Source: an uncultured bacterium
GTDB taxonomy: Bacteria; SAR324; NAC60-12
Assembly (NCBI GenBank): GCA_965662845.1
Contig: CBFIJD010000041.1
Coordinates: forward strand, 1-25,085
DNA length: 25,085 bases
Direction of reading: 5' to 3'
Below the pieces are notes generated by a model. The model did not search any database, was not told the origin of the DNA, and was given only the letters and a program-made list of their open reading frames with translations. The number at the start of each line of letters is the position of its first letter. The stretch's first letter is position 1. A program made the translations under genes and the position numbers. Below are positions 8,277-17,130 of the stretch, piece by piece.

Positions 8277-8342
8277 GCGGCACCTTAGGTTCAGAGAAGA
8301 GAAAAACTTCGTAAAAACAAAGAATTCGAAGTTACCGCAGGA

Positions 8343-8414
8343 TTGTTAGGAAAGTGTTTGGGGCCGGAAATTTTGTCAGAAAAACACGGCGTCGAACGGG
8401 GTTTGTCAGGAAAA
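8343..8414. promoter_or_regulatory. Three direct repeats TTGTYAGRAAA at exact 30-bp period upstream of phoD; candidate regulator (Pho-type) binding sites
   Basis: TTGTTAGGAAA at 8343, TTGTCAGAAAA at 8373 and TTGTCAGGAAA at 8403, in the non-coding region 5' of the phosphatase cluster. Confidence 0.5.
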
Positions 8415-8559
8415 TCGGGCGAGGAAAAAGACAACCGTACAGCGCGAGGGAGGGCGAGGCTTTGTTCCTGACGTTTCTGTCAAAGTGCAGCCCCGTATCG
8501 GTCGCGGAGCAAGGGGGTCGCAAATTTTGTGCGGAGGGGTTTCGGCCTGTTTGGCGGCC

Positions 8560-9114
8560 TCAGAGCATTTGCTGTGCGGCTTGTTGGCGAAGGTTGGGGA
8601 TCAGCCGTTGCGCATCTTGTGCTTGCGGGTGAATCTGTTGCAGGCGTTCATAGGTTTGCAAGGCTTCAATGAATTTTTCTTGACGGACTTGGATCATGCC
8701 CAGCCCAGACAAGGCTCCAAAGTGGCGAGGTTCGCGCGCGAGTGTCTCAGCGATGTCGTTGGCAGAGCCCTCCAAGTCACCCAAGTAATAGCGCACGGTC
8801 GCGCGCTTGTTCCACGCTTCTGCCCAGTCGGGGGCGATGTTCACTAGCTGACTGAAAGCCGCCTCTGCGCGCTGCAAATCACCTGCAGACATCGCGTCTA
8901 TTCCGCGCTGCATTTGCTTTGTGAAGACGGAGTTGGCGTGCTCCATCCAAGCGCTCCAAATCTCTTGCACAAGCAGCTGCGATTGTACCGACGTCTCGGC
9001 AAGTTCAAGCTGGGCGAAGAGCTTAGGAAGCTTCGGGTGGTCTTGGTCGGCAAGGACAGAGGGGGGGCTACTCCAGAAAATCCAGCTCAACAGGAAGAGG
9101 AACAAAGTACGCAT
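8560..9114 (-). CDS. Exported tetratricopeptide repeat protein
   Basis: Signal peptide followed by TPR-like units (APDWAEAWNKRATVRYYLG, EPRHFGALSGLGMI). Confidence 0.85.
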   Translation of the reverse strand: MRTLFLFLLSWIFWSSPPSVLADQDHPKLPKLFAQLELAETSVQSQLLVQEIWSAWMEHANSVFTKQMQRGIDAMSAGDLQRAEAAFSQLVNIAPDWAEAWNKRATVRYYLGDLEGSANDIAETLAREPRHFGALSGLGMIQVRQEKFIEALQTYERLQQIHPQAQDAQRLIPNLRQQAAQQML

Positions 9115-9135
9115 GAGGGCTCTGGAGTAGTGAGA

Positions 9136-9696
9136 TCAGCCTGTGGGAGCGGGCGCGGTGTTTCCAAGCATTTCGTCGATTTGTGACTGCATCAGCTCCG
9201 CAGTCACGCCACCGACCTGTTTGAACCGGATCGTTCCGTCAGGCGAAATGAAGAAGGTTTCGGGCACGCCGTAGATGCCATATTCTAAGGCAATATCGCC
9301 GTTCGTGTTGTCGAGCCCGAGAAAGTAAGTTTTTTTGAATTGGCGCGCGAAAGCTTGGGCCTGATCTGCTTGATCTTGAATCGCGACGCCCAACACATGG
9401 ACTTGTGGAGGATTCTGCAGGCCGTAACGTTGGTGAAACGCTTCTAAAATGTGGGCTTCGGAGCGGCACTCCATGCACCACGACGCCCAAAAGTTGAGGA
9501 CAATCGGCTTACCGCGCAGTTGGTGCAAGTCTACTTTTTGGCCATTCCACAGGTTGACCAGCTCAAAGTTGGGCGCCTCTTGCCCAATGAGAGGCGATGG
9601 CACCTTTTTGGGGTCAGTTGTGAACCCAAACGCGAAGAGCCCAATAAAGCCAGCGAGGACCGCCCAGACCGTCCAGAATTTCCAAGAAGTCCACAT
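9136..9696 (-). CDS. ccmG: Membrane-anchored thiol:disulfide oxidoreductase, CcmG/DsbE (TlpA family)
   Basis: Start moved to ATG 9696 (MWTSWKF), 2 nt after the ccmF stop. N-terminal TM helix, PSPLIG, LNFWASWCMEC, YGIYGVPETFFI. Confidence 0.85.
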   Translation of the reverse strand: MWTSWKFWTVWAVLAGFIGLFAFGFTTDPKKVPSPLIGQEAPNFELVNLWNGQKVDLHQLRGKPIVLNFWASWCMECRSEAHILEAFHQRYGLQNPPQVHVLGVAIQDQADQAQAFARQFKKTYFLGLDNTNGDIALEYGIYGVPETFFISPDGTIRFKQVGGVTAELMQSQIDEMLGNTAPAPTG

Positions 9697-9698
9697 AA

Positions 9699-11696
9699 TT
9701 AGCCTTCTGCCGTGATGTAGCGCTGCCGCAGCACTTCGTTGCGGACCGCGAGAGTGCGTGGGCGATACATCAAACAGATGCCAATTCCGAGAGTAAAGAC
9801 AGGCAGAGCCATCCATGCCCAGCCCACGAGCGGGTTGACATAGGTCTTCAGCGCGACTAGCTCGCTTTGCTCCCCTGACTCACTAGAGAAGATGAGGTAG
9901 AGGTCTCGCATAAATTCGCGGCGCAGCGCAACTTCTGTGAGGGGTTGCGGCTGGGTGGGATAGAAGCTCTTGGCCGGTTTCATGACTTCAAGCAGCTCTT
10001 TGTCGCGGTTGTAGACTTCTACGACTGCCGCGCGGTGTGTCGCGTTGCGGACCATGAACTGCTCCACCCCCGTAAACTTCAAGTAGTAGTCATCAGAGAG
10101 TTGGAACATTTCGTCTTGCTTCAAGGAAACATCGCGCTCCACGCTGAAGAAAGTCCCCGCAAAGCCCATGAACATCAGCACGACGCCGAAGTGAATGACG
10201 AGGCCACCATAGCGGCGTTGGTTCCGCTGAAACACATAAACCAGCCCCAGTAGCGGTCCCGTTTGCAGCTGCTTCCCTTTCACGTGCGCGGCTTTGCCCA
10301 CTTCAATGAAGATCGTGGCCGTGACAAAGATCGCGATCCAGAAGATGGTGAACGGCTCTAAAGAGAAAGGGACAAAGACCGCGATGATCGCCGTACCGAC
10401 GGTTGCCAGTAGCATCGGGCTCTGGAAGTTGCGTCGGAGACTCTCTTTACTGGACTTGCGCCACGCGATCACCGTGCCGATCCCCATCAAGAAGAAGAGG
10501 ACATACCCCATAGGCCCCATAATCGTGTTGAAGAAGGGCGCTTGGATGGAGAGTTTGGTGCCGCTGATGGCTTCCGCGAGGAGCGGGAAGGTTGTGCCCA
10601 ACAGAACCGTGAAGGCCATGCCGACAAACATCACGTTCTGGGTGAGGAAGGCGTTCTCGCGGCAGAGCACCGCTTCCATCTTGTGTTCTGATTCCAGCAG
10701 GTTGATGCGCCAGAAGAGCAGGCCGATCCCCACCACTAAGACAATGGCGAGGAAGACAAGGAAGGCGGGCCCGATCTCCGATTGGGTAAACGAGTGCACC
10801 GAGTTGATCACACCAGAGCGAGTGATAAACGTGCCAATGATCGTCAGCCCGAAAGTCATGATGATCAGCACAATGTTCCAGATTTTGAGCATGTTCCGCT
10901 TCTCTTGAATCATCACAGAGTGCAGAAACGCGGTTCCCGTCAACCAAGGCATCAGCGCCGCGTTCTCAACCGGATCCCAGGCCCAGAAGCCGCCCCAGCC
11001 CAATTCCTCATAAGCCCACTGTCCACCAAGGATGAGGCCGAGCGACAAAAAATACCAAGAGATGAGCGTCCAACGTCGAGTTGTCAGCACCCACTCGTTG
11101 TCTATTTTGCCGCGGATGAGGCCGGCAATTGCGAAGGCAAACGGCACACTGAAACCGATGAATCCAAGGTAAAGAGACGGCGGATGCACCACCATGGCAA
11201 CGTTCTGTAGCAGCGGGTTCAAACCCCGTCCTTCCGCAGGAATCGCCGCTTGGACGTCTAGGGGGTTCGACCAACCAATGAGCAAGAAGAGCAAGAACAC
11301 GAGAATGGCGTTCAAACAAGCAATGACGTAAGGGATGATCTCACGATTCGAGTATTGATAACGGAAGGCAACCACCATCGCGAAGAAACTTTGGACGAGA
11401 ATCCAGAAGAGGAGAGAGCCCTCCAAGCCGCCCCAAAATGCGGTCACTTTGTAAAAGAGGGGCATGTCGGTGCTGGAGTTGCGCCACACGTAATGAATAC
11501 TGAAATCGCTGACAACAAGCCCATGAATCAGAATTGCAGAGGCAATCCCGATCAGAAAAAAGCTGATAATGCTCGCGTTTTGTGCAGAACGGACCAAGTT
11601 CCAGTTGTTATTGCGCACGCCAATATGCGGGACAAACGTGCCATACAAACAAACGGCTAGAGCCACCATCAGGGAAATGGTTCCCAGATCAGCCAT
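9699..11696 (-). CDS. ccmF: Heme lyase CcmF/NrfE (cytochrome c maturation system I)
   Basis: WGGLEGSLLFW, GLNPLLQ, HPPSLYLG, WAYEELGWGGFWAWDPVEN (WWD motif), SVHSF. Polytopic membrane protein with GGAGG RBS. Confidence 0.96.
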   Translation of the reverse strand: MADLGTISLMVALAVCLYGTFVPHIGVRNNNWNLVRSAQNASIISFFLIGIASAILIHGLVVSDFSIHYVWRNSSTDMPLFYKVTAFWGGLEGSLLFWILVQSFFAMVVAFRYQYSNREIIPYVIACLNAILVFLLFLLIGWSNPLDVQAAIPAEGRGLNPLLQNVAMVVHPPSLYLGFIGFSVPFAFAIAGLIRGKIDNEWVLTTRRWTLISWYFLSLGLILGGQWAYEELGWGGFWAWDPVENAALMPWLTGTAFLHSVMIQEKRNMLKIWNIVLIIMTFGLTIIGTFITRSGVINSVHSFTQSEIGPAFLVFLAIVLVVGIGLLFWRINLLESEHKMEAVLCRENAFLTQNVMFVGMAFTVLLGTTFPLLAEAISGTKLSIQAPFFNTIMGPMGYVLFFLMGIGTVIAWRKSSKESLRRNFQSPMLLATVGTAIIAVFVPFSLEPFTIFWIAIFVTATIFIEVGKAAHVKGKQLQTGPLLGLVYVFQRNQRRYGGLVIHFGVVLMFMGFAGTFFSVERDVSLKQDEMFQLSDDYYLKFTGVEQFMVRNATHRAAVVEVYNRDKELLEVMKPAKSFYPTQPQPLTEVALRREFMRDLYLIFSSESGEQSELVALKTYVNPLVGWAWMALPVFTLGIGICLMYRPRTLAVRNEVLRQRYITAEG

Positions 11697-11814
11697 ACAA
11701 AGCCTCCATAGAAATCAAAGGGTTAGAAGGAATTTGCGTCGCAAGCTACAACACGGTCGCCTTGACCGCAAGAGTTTTAGAGATCTTAGGCCGCCGCAGT
11801 CTGAAAGAGACAGA

Positions 11815-12261
11815 TCAATCTATTTGCTCGAAAACTTGGGGGGTTCCTTGTCGATCAAAGAGATACACCTCGTAGGAGTCACTGCGCGTAGGGTGCTCCA
11901 TCCCCGGAGATCCAAACGGCATGTCGGGGACGCTGAGTCCGGCGACTCCTGCTGTCGGATCTTGGAGAAAACGTCGTAGTGAGCTTGCCGGGACGTGCCC
12001 TTCTACGAGAAATCGGCCCTCGACCACGGCAGTGTGGCAGCTGCGTAGATTGTCCGGAATGCCAAGCTGGTCTTTGACCTGTTGCATGGCTGTGAACGAT
12101 CGGCTCTCGACCGTAAAGCCATTTTCGCGCAAGTGATCGGCCCATTTTTCACAGCAGCCACACTGTGGGTGTTTATACATCGTCACCTCAACGCCCAACA
12201 CCGAAGCGGTCGAGGAGAGGGTCATCAAAAGAAATGCTAGCGAGAGTCTACGAAATCGCAT
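11815..12261 (-). CDS. DUF411 family exported metal (Cu)-binding protein
   Basis: Start moved to ATG 12261 (MRFRRLS, signal peptide, GGAG upstream). Motifs CGCCEKW, SCHTA, VEGHVP, GSPGME. Confidence 0.88.
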   Translation of the reverse strand: MRFRRLSLAFLLMTLSSTASVLGVEVTMYKHPQCGCCEKWADHLRENGFTVESRSFTAMQQVKDQLGIPDNLRSCHTAVVEGRFLVEGHVPASSLRRFLQDPTAGVAGLSVPDMPFGSPGMEHPTRSDSYEVYLFDRQGTPQVFEQID

Positions 12262-12357
12262 GTGACGCTCCAAATTCAGGAGGTTTGGAAAAGAGTTCAC
12301 TTCAAGAGTGCACGCGTACCGATCAAACGAATAAGCAGCCATTCAGCGAAATGAATT

Positions 12358-12741
12358 TCAAATCCGAAAAACACGATTTTTAAGAAAGATGGGCTGGTCT
12401 GGAGGTGGAGTTGGAGGGAACAGAGGAGGAGCGCGGAGGTGCTGAGCTTGTCGAAACCACCCGTCCGGCGTCCGCAGCGCCAGCTCACGCAGCTCCTCGG
12501 CGACACGCAGCGAAGCCTCTGACTCCCACTCTAGCGTCGTCAGGCAGTGAGGATCGTCGGGGAAATCGCAGTGTGTCTGCTCGGCGGGCTCGCCGACGTG
12601 GCCTTCAGGCGGGGCGCTCACAAACCCGTGAGATGCGACCTCTGCTGGCGACAGGTGGCAGCAGGTTGTCCAGATTGTAGCGACAGCGAGGAGGCTGAGC
12701 AGCCAGAGTGGTGAGGTGGTTCGGCAGAGCAAGGCTCTCAT
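12358..12741 (-). CDS. Small Cys/His-rich protein with hydrophobic N-terminus and RAPP motif (DUF2946/CruR-like candidate leader protein)
   Basis: ATG overlaps the stop of the upstream cytochrome gene (ATGA). Hydrophobic segment, TCCH, HCDFPDDPHC, HLRAPP and a Pro-rich tail. Confidence 0.6.
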   Translation of the reverse strand: MRALLCRTTSPLWLLSLLAVATIWTTCCHLSPAEVASHGFVSAPPEGHVGEPAEQTHCDFPDDPHCLTTLEWESEASLRVAEELRELALRTPDGWFRQAQHLRAPPLFPPTPPPDQPIFLKNRVFRI

Positions 12742-13172
12742 TCATGCACGCGATAAGCAGTGTGACAGGCGACGCACTGTTGCATCACATCCGCGAGGCC
12801 GTTGGCGATTTGGCGGTTGTCGCCCTCAATCGCAGCTTCTTGGATTTTCACGGCAAAGCGGCTCGCCGCCCGATGCATCTCGGTTCCGATCTGCTGCATC
12901 CCTGTCGGCATAAACTTCGCCATGTGTGAAGCGCCGTGTGATCCCATTGAAGACATGCCGAGGCGGTTCTCGGCGACGGCTGCGGCTTGGTCATACTCTG
13001 CCGTCGCAATGTGCCGTTGAATTTCTGTGAGGGCCACTAGGTGGTCGCGCATGTTGGCGAGCATGTGATCGCGCATCATGCTGGGGAGCTGCACCAGCTC
13101 TCTTTGGTCTTGAGCGGGCGCCGCAGATGCCGAGAACAGGAGAAAACCGAGGACAGTAATCAAATGACGCAT
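12738..13172 (-). CDS. Periplasmic class II (c'-like, helical bundle) monoheme cytochrome c
   Basis: Signal peptide, helical Met/His-rich body, single CVACH close to the C-terminus, GGAG RBS. Confidence 0.8.
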   Translation of the reverse strand: MRHLITVLGFLLFSASAAPAQDQRELVQLPSMMRDHMLANMRDHLVALTEIQRHIATAEYDQAAAVAENRLGMSSMGSHGASHMAKFMPTGMQQIGTEMHRAASRFAVKIQEAAIEGDNRQIANGLADVMQQCVACHTAYRVHE

Positions 13173-13246
13173 GGAACGACTCCAGATTGATTAAACCTAA
13201 GGCAAAAGCGAAGAACGGTAGCAAGCTGAAGCAGGCAGCGCAAGGA

Positions 13247-13648
13247 TTAGGTCTTGACGAGCCAAGAACCGATCATGGTTGCTCCACCAAGCGTCAAGCA
13301 AGCGGTGATCAAAAACATCACAGCGACAGCTTCGAGGCCATCACGAATGACGGGCGAGAGTTTCGGCTTGCGGATGAACCACATCAGGCCCGTGGTCACC
13401 AGCATCAAATACCAGCCCAGGGTCGCGTTCTGCTGATGTTTGCTGAAGAGCAGCTCTTGCGCTTCGTTGTATTCTGAAGGGGTGGGTATCCAAACCGCCC
13501 ACAGCAGCCACGTGAACAGCGCGCCGGCAGTACAACAGTACGTCGCAGCCATTTTGACGGCTAACCGCTTGTGGAAAAGACCGTAAAATTCCAGAGCACA
13601 AGCGCTCAAAACGAGCAGTAGAGGCAGGTTGCCGAGTAAAGAGTGCAT
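13247..13648 (-). CDS. Small four-TM membrane protein, possibly DUF2231-like
   Basis: Four hydrophobic segments. MHSLLGNLP start and a central His resemble the DUF2231 layout. Begins 6 nt after the TauE stop. Confidence 0.55.
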   Translation of the reverse strand: MHSLLGNLPLLLVLSACALEFYGLFHKRLAVKMAATYCCTAGALFTWLLWAVWIPTPSEYNEAQELLFSKHQQNATLGWYLMLVTTGLMWFIRKPKLSPVIRDGLEAVAVMFLITACLTLGGATMIGSWLVKT

Positions 13649-13654
13649 GCTTAG

Positions 13655-14410
13655 TTATGCGAAGATGCCTTGAAAGCCATCTGCAATCAGCTTCCAACCG
13701 GTGATGAATAACAGGACGTAGCAGATGCGATAAAACCAGTCGGGACGAATTCGATCATGCAGCCAGACACCTAATTGGGTGCCCGCGACCGCGACCGGCA
13801 ACAGCCAGAGCGAAGTCCATAAGCTGTGCCCCGAGAGCTGGTTGAGAAAGTAGTATGGTACCAGTTTGACCGTATTGATGACGGCAAACATGAAAATGGT
13901 CGTGGCGACGTAGAGCGTCTTTTCAAGCTGCAACGGTAGCAAATACATGGAGATGGGCGGCCCGCCTGCGTGTGCTACAAAACTCGTGAACCCAGCGACA
14001 CCTCCCCAAAAGCGCCCCTCTCGATCTCCTGGGTTCTTGCCTTGCGCGATTTTCCCCAACCAGCCCCAGTGTTTCATGGTGAAGAGCACCGCAATCCCTC
14101 CGACTAGTAATCGAATCCAGTTGCCATCCAAGAAGTGAAAAACGAGCCAGCCCCCCAGAATTCCTGCGGTTGCTGCTGGCAACGTCAGCCACAAAATTCG
14201 ATTGTCCCACTGTCCCCAAAAAGCACGCACACTAACCGCGTCCATTGCCAGCAGCAAAGGTAAGAGAATCGCGGCCGCTTGCGCGGGTTCAATCACTAGC
14301 GAAAGAATCGGCACGGCCATCACGACTAGCCCACCACCAAACCCACCCTTAGACACGGCGGCAACTAGGACAGCGCACACCGCTGCGATGTAAAATTCAA
14401 CCGAGTCCAT
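13655..14410 (-). CDS. TauE/SafE (TSUP) family permease
   Basis: SKGGFGGG, AAAILLPLL, SFVAHAGGPP, KLVPY; about 8 TM helices. Confidence 0.9.
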   Translation of the reverse strand: MDSVEFYIAAVCAVLVAAVSKGGFGGGLVVMAVPILSLVIEPAQAAAILLPLLLAMDAVSVRAFWGQWDNRILWLTLPAATAGILGGWLVFHFLDGNWIRLLVGGIAVLFTMKHWGWLGKIAQGKNPGDREGRFWGGVAGFTSFVAHAGGPPISMYLLPLQLEKTLYVATTIFMFAVINTVKLVPYYFLNQLSGHSLWTSLWLLPVAVAGTQLGVWLHDRIRPDWFYRICYVLLFITGWKLIADGFQGIFA

Positions 14411-14416
14411 CAGGCC

Positions 14417-16321
14417 TCACCAGTAACGATGAAATAAGAGGCTGGCAGCCTGAGCCGCTCCTTGCTGGCGAGCGTGGAAGCGCACTCCCCATTGCTCATG
14501 AAATTGCCACGCCGCGTTTGCTGAAAAGGTGAGCCCCTGGCTGCGCTCGCCCAACAGGGTCTGGTCATACTCCAGCGAAGTGAGGACTCCCACGACGGCG
14601 GAGGGTCTCCACAGTGCTCCGACCACAGGCGTGAGGGCTAACGCGCTCTCGGGCATCGACCCCGTGCGAGATTGCAAGTGCGAGTCGAGAAATGCGAAGC
14701 CCGCCCATTTAGGAGCCAAGAAGGCGGCTCTTCCGACGCCTGCCGTCAGTCGCAACACTTGATGCTGCGGCTCAGCGACTGACTCCGGTTCCCACGCGCC
14801 GCTGGTTCGCCAAGATAGGCCCGAAACCGTCGTAAGCTTGGAAGGCGACAACGCAATGTTCTGAATTTCAAACAAGGTCGCTCGATGGAACCGCCAGCCG
14901 TCCTCATGCACACGCAGCCGCAAATCCAAGGCCTGTAATTCTGCATACGGCTGGTGTCCGGTCTCTGGGTCAAGGAGGTCGTGATAAGCCGCGCGAACGC
15001 CGAACTCTGCGCCTTGCTCACGTTCTGTCGTGTAAAGCCCCAGCTGGGTGCGCAGCGGTGGATGTCCTTTGATGGGGGACGGTGTGGCGGGAGGCTCCAC
15101 GCTTTCCAAAATCGGGAGCTGACTGCGCTGCAATAAGACTCGCTGGCGGAACGCTTGTTGTGCCTCGCTCAGGCCATCATCACGGGAGGCTTGATACTGG
15201 AGCAGATCAATGAACGCGTCGAGCGCTTCCGCCTGTTCCGTCGCCGACAAAGGAGAACGTCTCAATTCTGTGAGCTGAGACGGAGACTGCTCTAGCCCCA
15301 AAACCCAATTTTGCTGGGCAAGACTGAGCCTTTGCACTTTCCAGCGCAGACGTCGTTGTCGCGAAGGCACAAGCGTAGGCTCTTGCAGCAAAGGCGCTCC
15401 TTGCGCGTCGCGCAGCTTGTGCAAGCGATCAAACACGTCAATCGGAATGGCCCACAGCGGATTGGCAGGGCGGACTTGTCTGTCGTCTTCCCAAGCCATT
15501 TCTAAGAGTTCGGCCATGCGATAGGCGCAGTTTTCGAGGAAAAAGTAGTAGCGGAATTGGATATTTTGCAGCAGCTCCCACGCGTGAAAGAGAACGCGCT
15601 CCTGTTGCGCACGGCTGAGCCGGAGTGGGAATTCCCACAGGTCACGCAGTTCGCTCTCGCCGTAGACATGCTGAAAGTTATAGAACCGTTCGTCAGAGAA
15701 TCGCCCCGTGTAGCCGCCAAAGATTCCTTTGGTCGCATAGACGAGGGGATTGTCATCGGGGTTCGGATTGGCGCCAAAGTTCAGCGTCGGGCTCAGCAAA
15801 GAGTGCCCAAATATTCCGCCGCGCAAGTTGATTTTGATGAGAATGTGCCCGAAGAACGACGCCGGGTTGTCCATGTAAGCAGAGACAAACACGACGCTGA
15901 TGCCGTCCAAGTGTTGCAGATTCGCCCAGCGTTCAAATTGCGGACACGGCACCTTGGGGAGGCTTCCTTCAGGAAAGTTGAGCTTGGTTTGCAACCAACG
16001 AAAACGAGCCACGAAGCGGCACTGAGCATGGAAATCCGGGTTGTCGTCCGGCGTGAGAAAGAGCGCGCGCAGGGTCGCCTGCAACTCTGCTCTGGCGTCG
16101 AAGCGACCATTGGGAGCAAGAAAAAAGTGCGGGTTGAGAACTTCACTTTGAGGCGAGTCTCGGTCTCCAGTGTAGTGCAGGAGTTTGTGCCAGTAGGCGT
16201 GACGGTGCAATTGGCGCGACTCTGCTGCTTGCAAGAGGTCGTTGACAACAGAAGGGTTGGCCGAAGCAGTGGAAACAACGGAGAGAAAACAGAGCAGGAG
16301 AACGAGCGCGCGCCCCGTCAC
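14417..16321 (-). CDS. DUF4105 / Lnb N-terminal-domain protein with probable C-terminal outer-membrane beta-barrel
   Basis: Signal peptide; YWHKLLHY, QCRFVARF, NPASFFGH, ESELRDLWE, YYFFLENC, RAAYHDLLD; amphipathic beta-strand C-terminus ending in FHRYW. Confidence 0.8.
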   Translation of the reverse strand: MTGRALVLLLCFLSVVSTASANPSVVNDLLQAAESRQLHRHAYWHKLLHYTGDRDSPQSEVLNPHFFLAPNGRFDARAELQATLRALFLTPDDNPDFHAQCRFVARFRWLQTKLNFPEGSLPKVPCPQFERWANLQHLDGISVVFVSAYMDNPASFFGHILIKINLRGGIFGHSLLSPTLNFGANPNPDDNPLVYATKGIFGGYTGRFSDERFYNFQHVYGESELRDLWEFPLRLSRAQQERVLFHAWELLQNIQFRYYFFLENCAYRMAELLEMAWEDDRQVRPANPLWAIPIDVFDRLHKLRDAQGAPLLQEPTLVPSRQRRLRWKVQRLSLAQQNWVLGLEQSPSQLTELRRSPLSATEQAEALDAFIDLLQYQASRDDGLSEAQQAFRQRVLLQRSQLPILESVEPPATPSPIKGHPPLRTQLGLYTTEREQGAEFGVRAAYHDLLDPETGHQPYAELQALDLRLRVHEDGWRFHRATLFEIQNIALSPSKLTTVSGLSWRTSGAWEPESVAEPQHQVLRLTAGVGRAAFLAPKWAGFAFLDSHLQSRTGSMPESALALTPVVGALWRPSAVVGVLTSLEYDQTLLGERSQGLTFSANAAWQFHEQWGVRFHARQQGAAQAASLLFHRYW

Positions 16322-17130
16322 GGCGACTCTGGCGTTGGAATGCCTTCGGCGACGATGCGAATCCCAATGCGCGGATCGGCAGTCAGCGGCGAGACCGCAA
16401 CGCCCCCTTCACAGGAAACTTCTGCGGGAGGGCTAAACCAGCTGCCTCCCCGAGTCACATAGCGGACTTCATTGGAGGCTTGGGCTCTGTCTTGTTCCAG
16501 CGTCCATTCGGCGACGTTGCCGAGCATGTCGTGGACTTCCAGAGCGTTGGGGGGGAACGTCCCCACTGGTGCGCTGACCGTGAAATTGTCTTGGCACGGA
16601 TGAGACGGCTGCGTCCAACCAAACGTCGCAGCGGAGATGGCGTCATTGACAGAAGCATGCGAGCAAGCCTGCTTCGGCGTCGGCCAAGGTGGCTGGGTCG
16701 TGTTCGCGCGGCAGGCACGTCTCCATTCCGCAGCTTGAGGCAAGCGAAACCTGAGCTTGTTTTGGTGCTGTGCCGTCAGCCACTGCGTGAAGGCGTTTGC
16801 ATCCTCCCAGCTCACATAAGCGACCGGTTGAGGCGCTTCGTTGAGTGGTTGCTCGCGGTAAGGGCGGCTGATGTGAGTGTTTCGATAGCGTTGAAATTGA
16901 GCGTTGGTGACTTCTGTTTGAGAAATCCAAAACGCCGCGACACAGCTCTGTTGTGCGCCTGTGCAGTTGTCAGGGACCTGAACAAAGGCGATCCCGGTGA
17001 AGGGATCTTTCCAGACGTTTTCAGCTGTCGAAGGGGGCGCTAAGTTGGGATCGCTCATAAAAGTCCAGACGAGTCCAACGACAGGCAACATGCCGATGCA
17101 GAACAAAATCAGCCAGTTGATGGGCTTCAT
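16318..17130 (-). CDS. FGE-sulfatase (SUMF1/PvdO-like) domain protein, N-terminally anchored
   Basis: FWISQTEVTNAQF, PVAYVSWEDA, RLPQAAEW, HDMLGNVAEW, RGGSW, IGIR. Overlaps both neighbours by 4 nt. Confidence 0.88.
   Translation of the reverse strand: MKPINWLILFCIGMLPVVGLVWTFMSDPNLAPPSTAENVWKDPFTGIAFVQVPDNCTGAQQSCVAAFWISQTEVTNAQFQRYRNTHISRPYREQPLNEAPQPVAYVSWEDANAFTQWLTAQHQNKLRFRLPQAAEWRRACRANTTQPPWPTPKQACSHASVNDAISAATFGWTQPSHPCQDNFTVSAPVGTFPPNALEVHDMLGNVAEWTLEQDRAQASNEVRYVTRGGSWFSPPAEVSCEGGVAVSPLTADPRIGIRIVAEGIPTPESP

Noticed and set aside
8343..8414. Periodic repeats as a mini CRISPR array
   Set aside because: Repeats are only 11 bp and degenerate with 19-bp gaps, and there are no cas genes.
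8332..8632. Short ORFs (63 aa minus, 92 aa plus) in the phoD upstream region
   Set aside because: No RBS or family features. Their repeated FVRK/FLT words simply reflect the DNA repeats, so the region is better read as regulatory.
9697..9816. Longer start for ccmG
   Set aside because: It would overlap ccmF by more than 100 nt. ATG 9696 gives a normal N-terminal anchor.
11754..11768. CGGTC-GCCTT-GACCG hairpin between DUF411 and ccmF as a terminator
   Set aside because: Only a 5-bp stem with no clear U-tract.
15557..16462. 301-aa plus-strand ORF (and similar 150-200 aa antisense ORFs at 4842, 10294, 16480, 17580)
   Set aside because: All lie antisense to well-supported genes and show no protein family signal.
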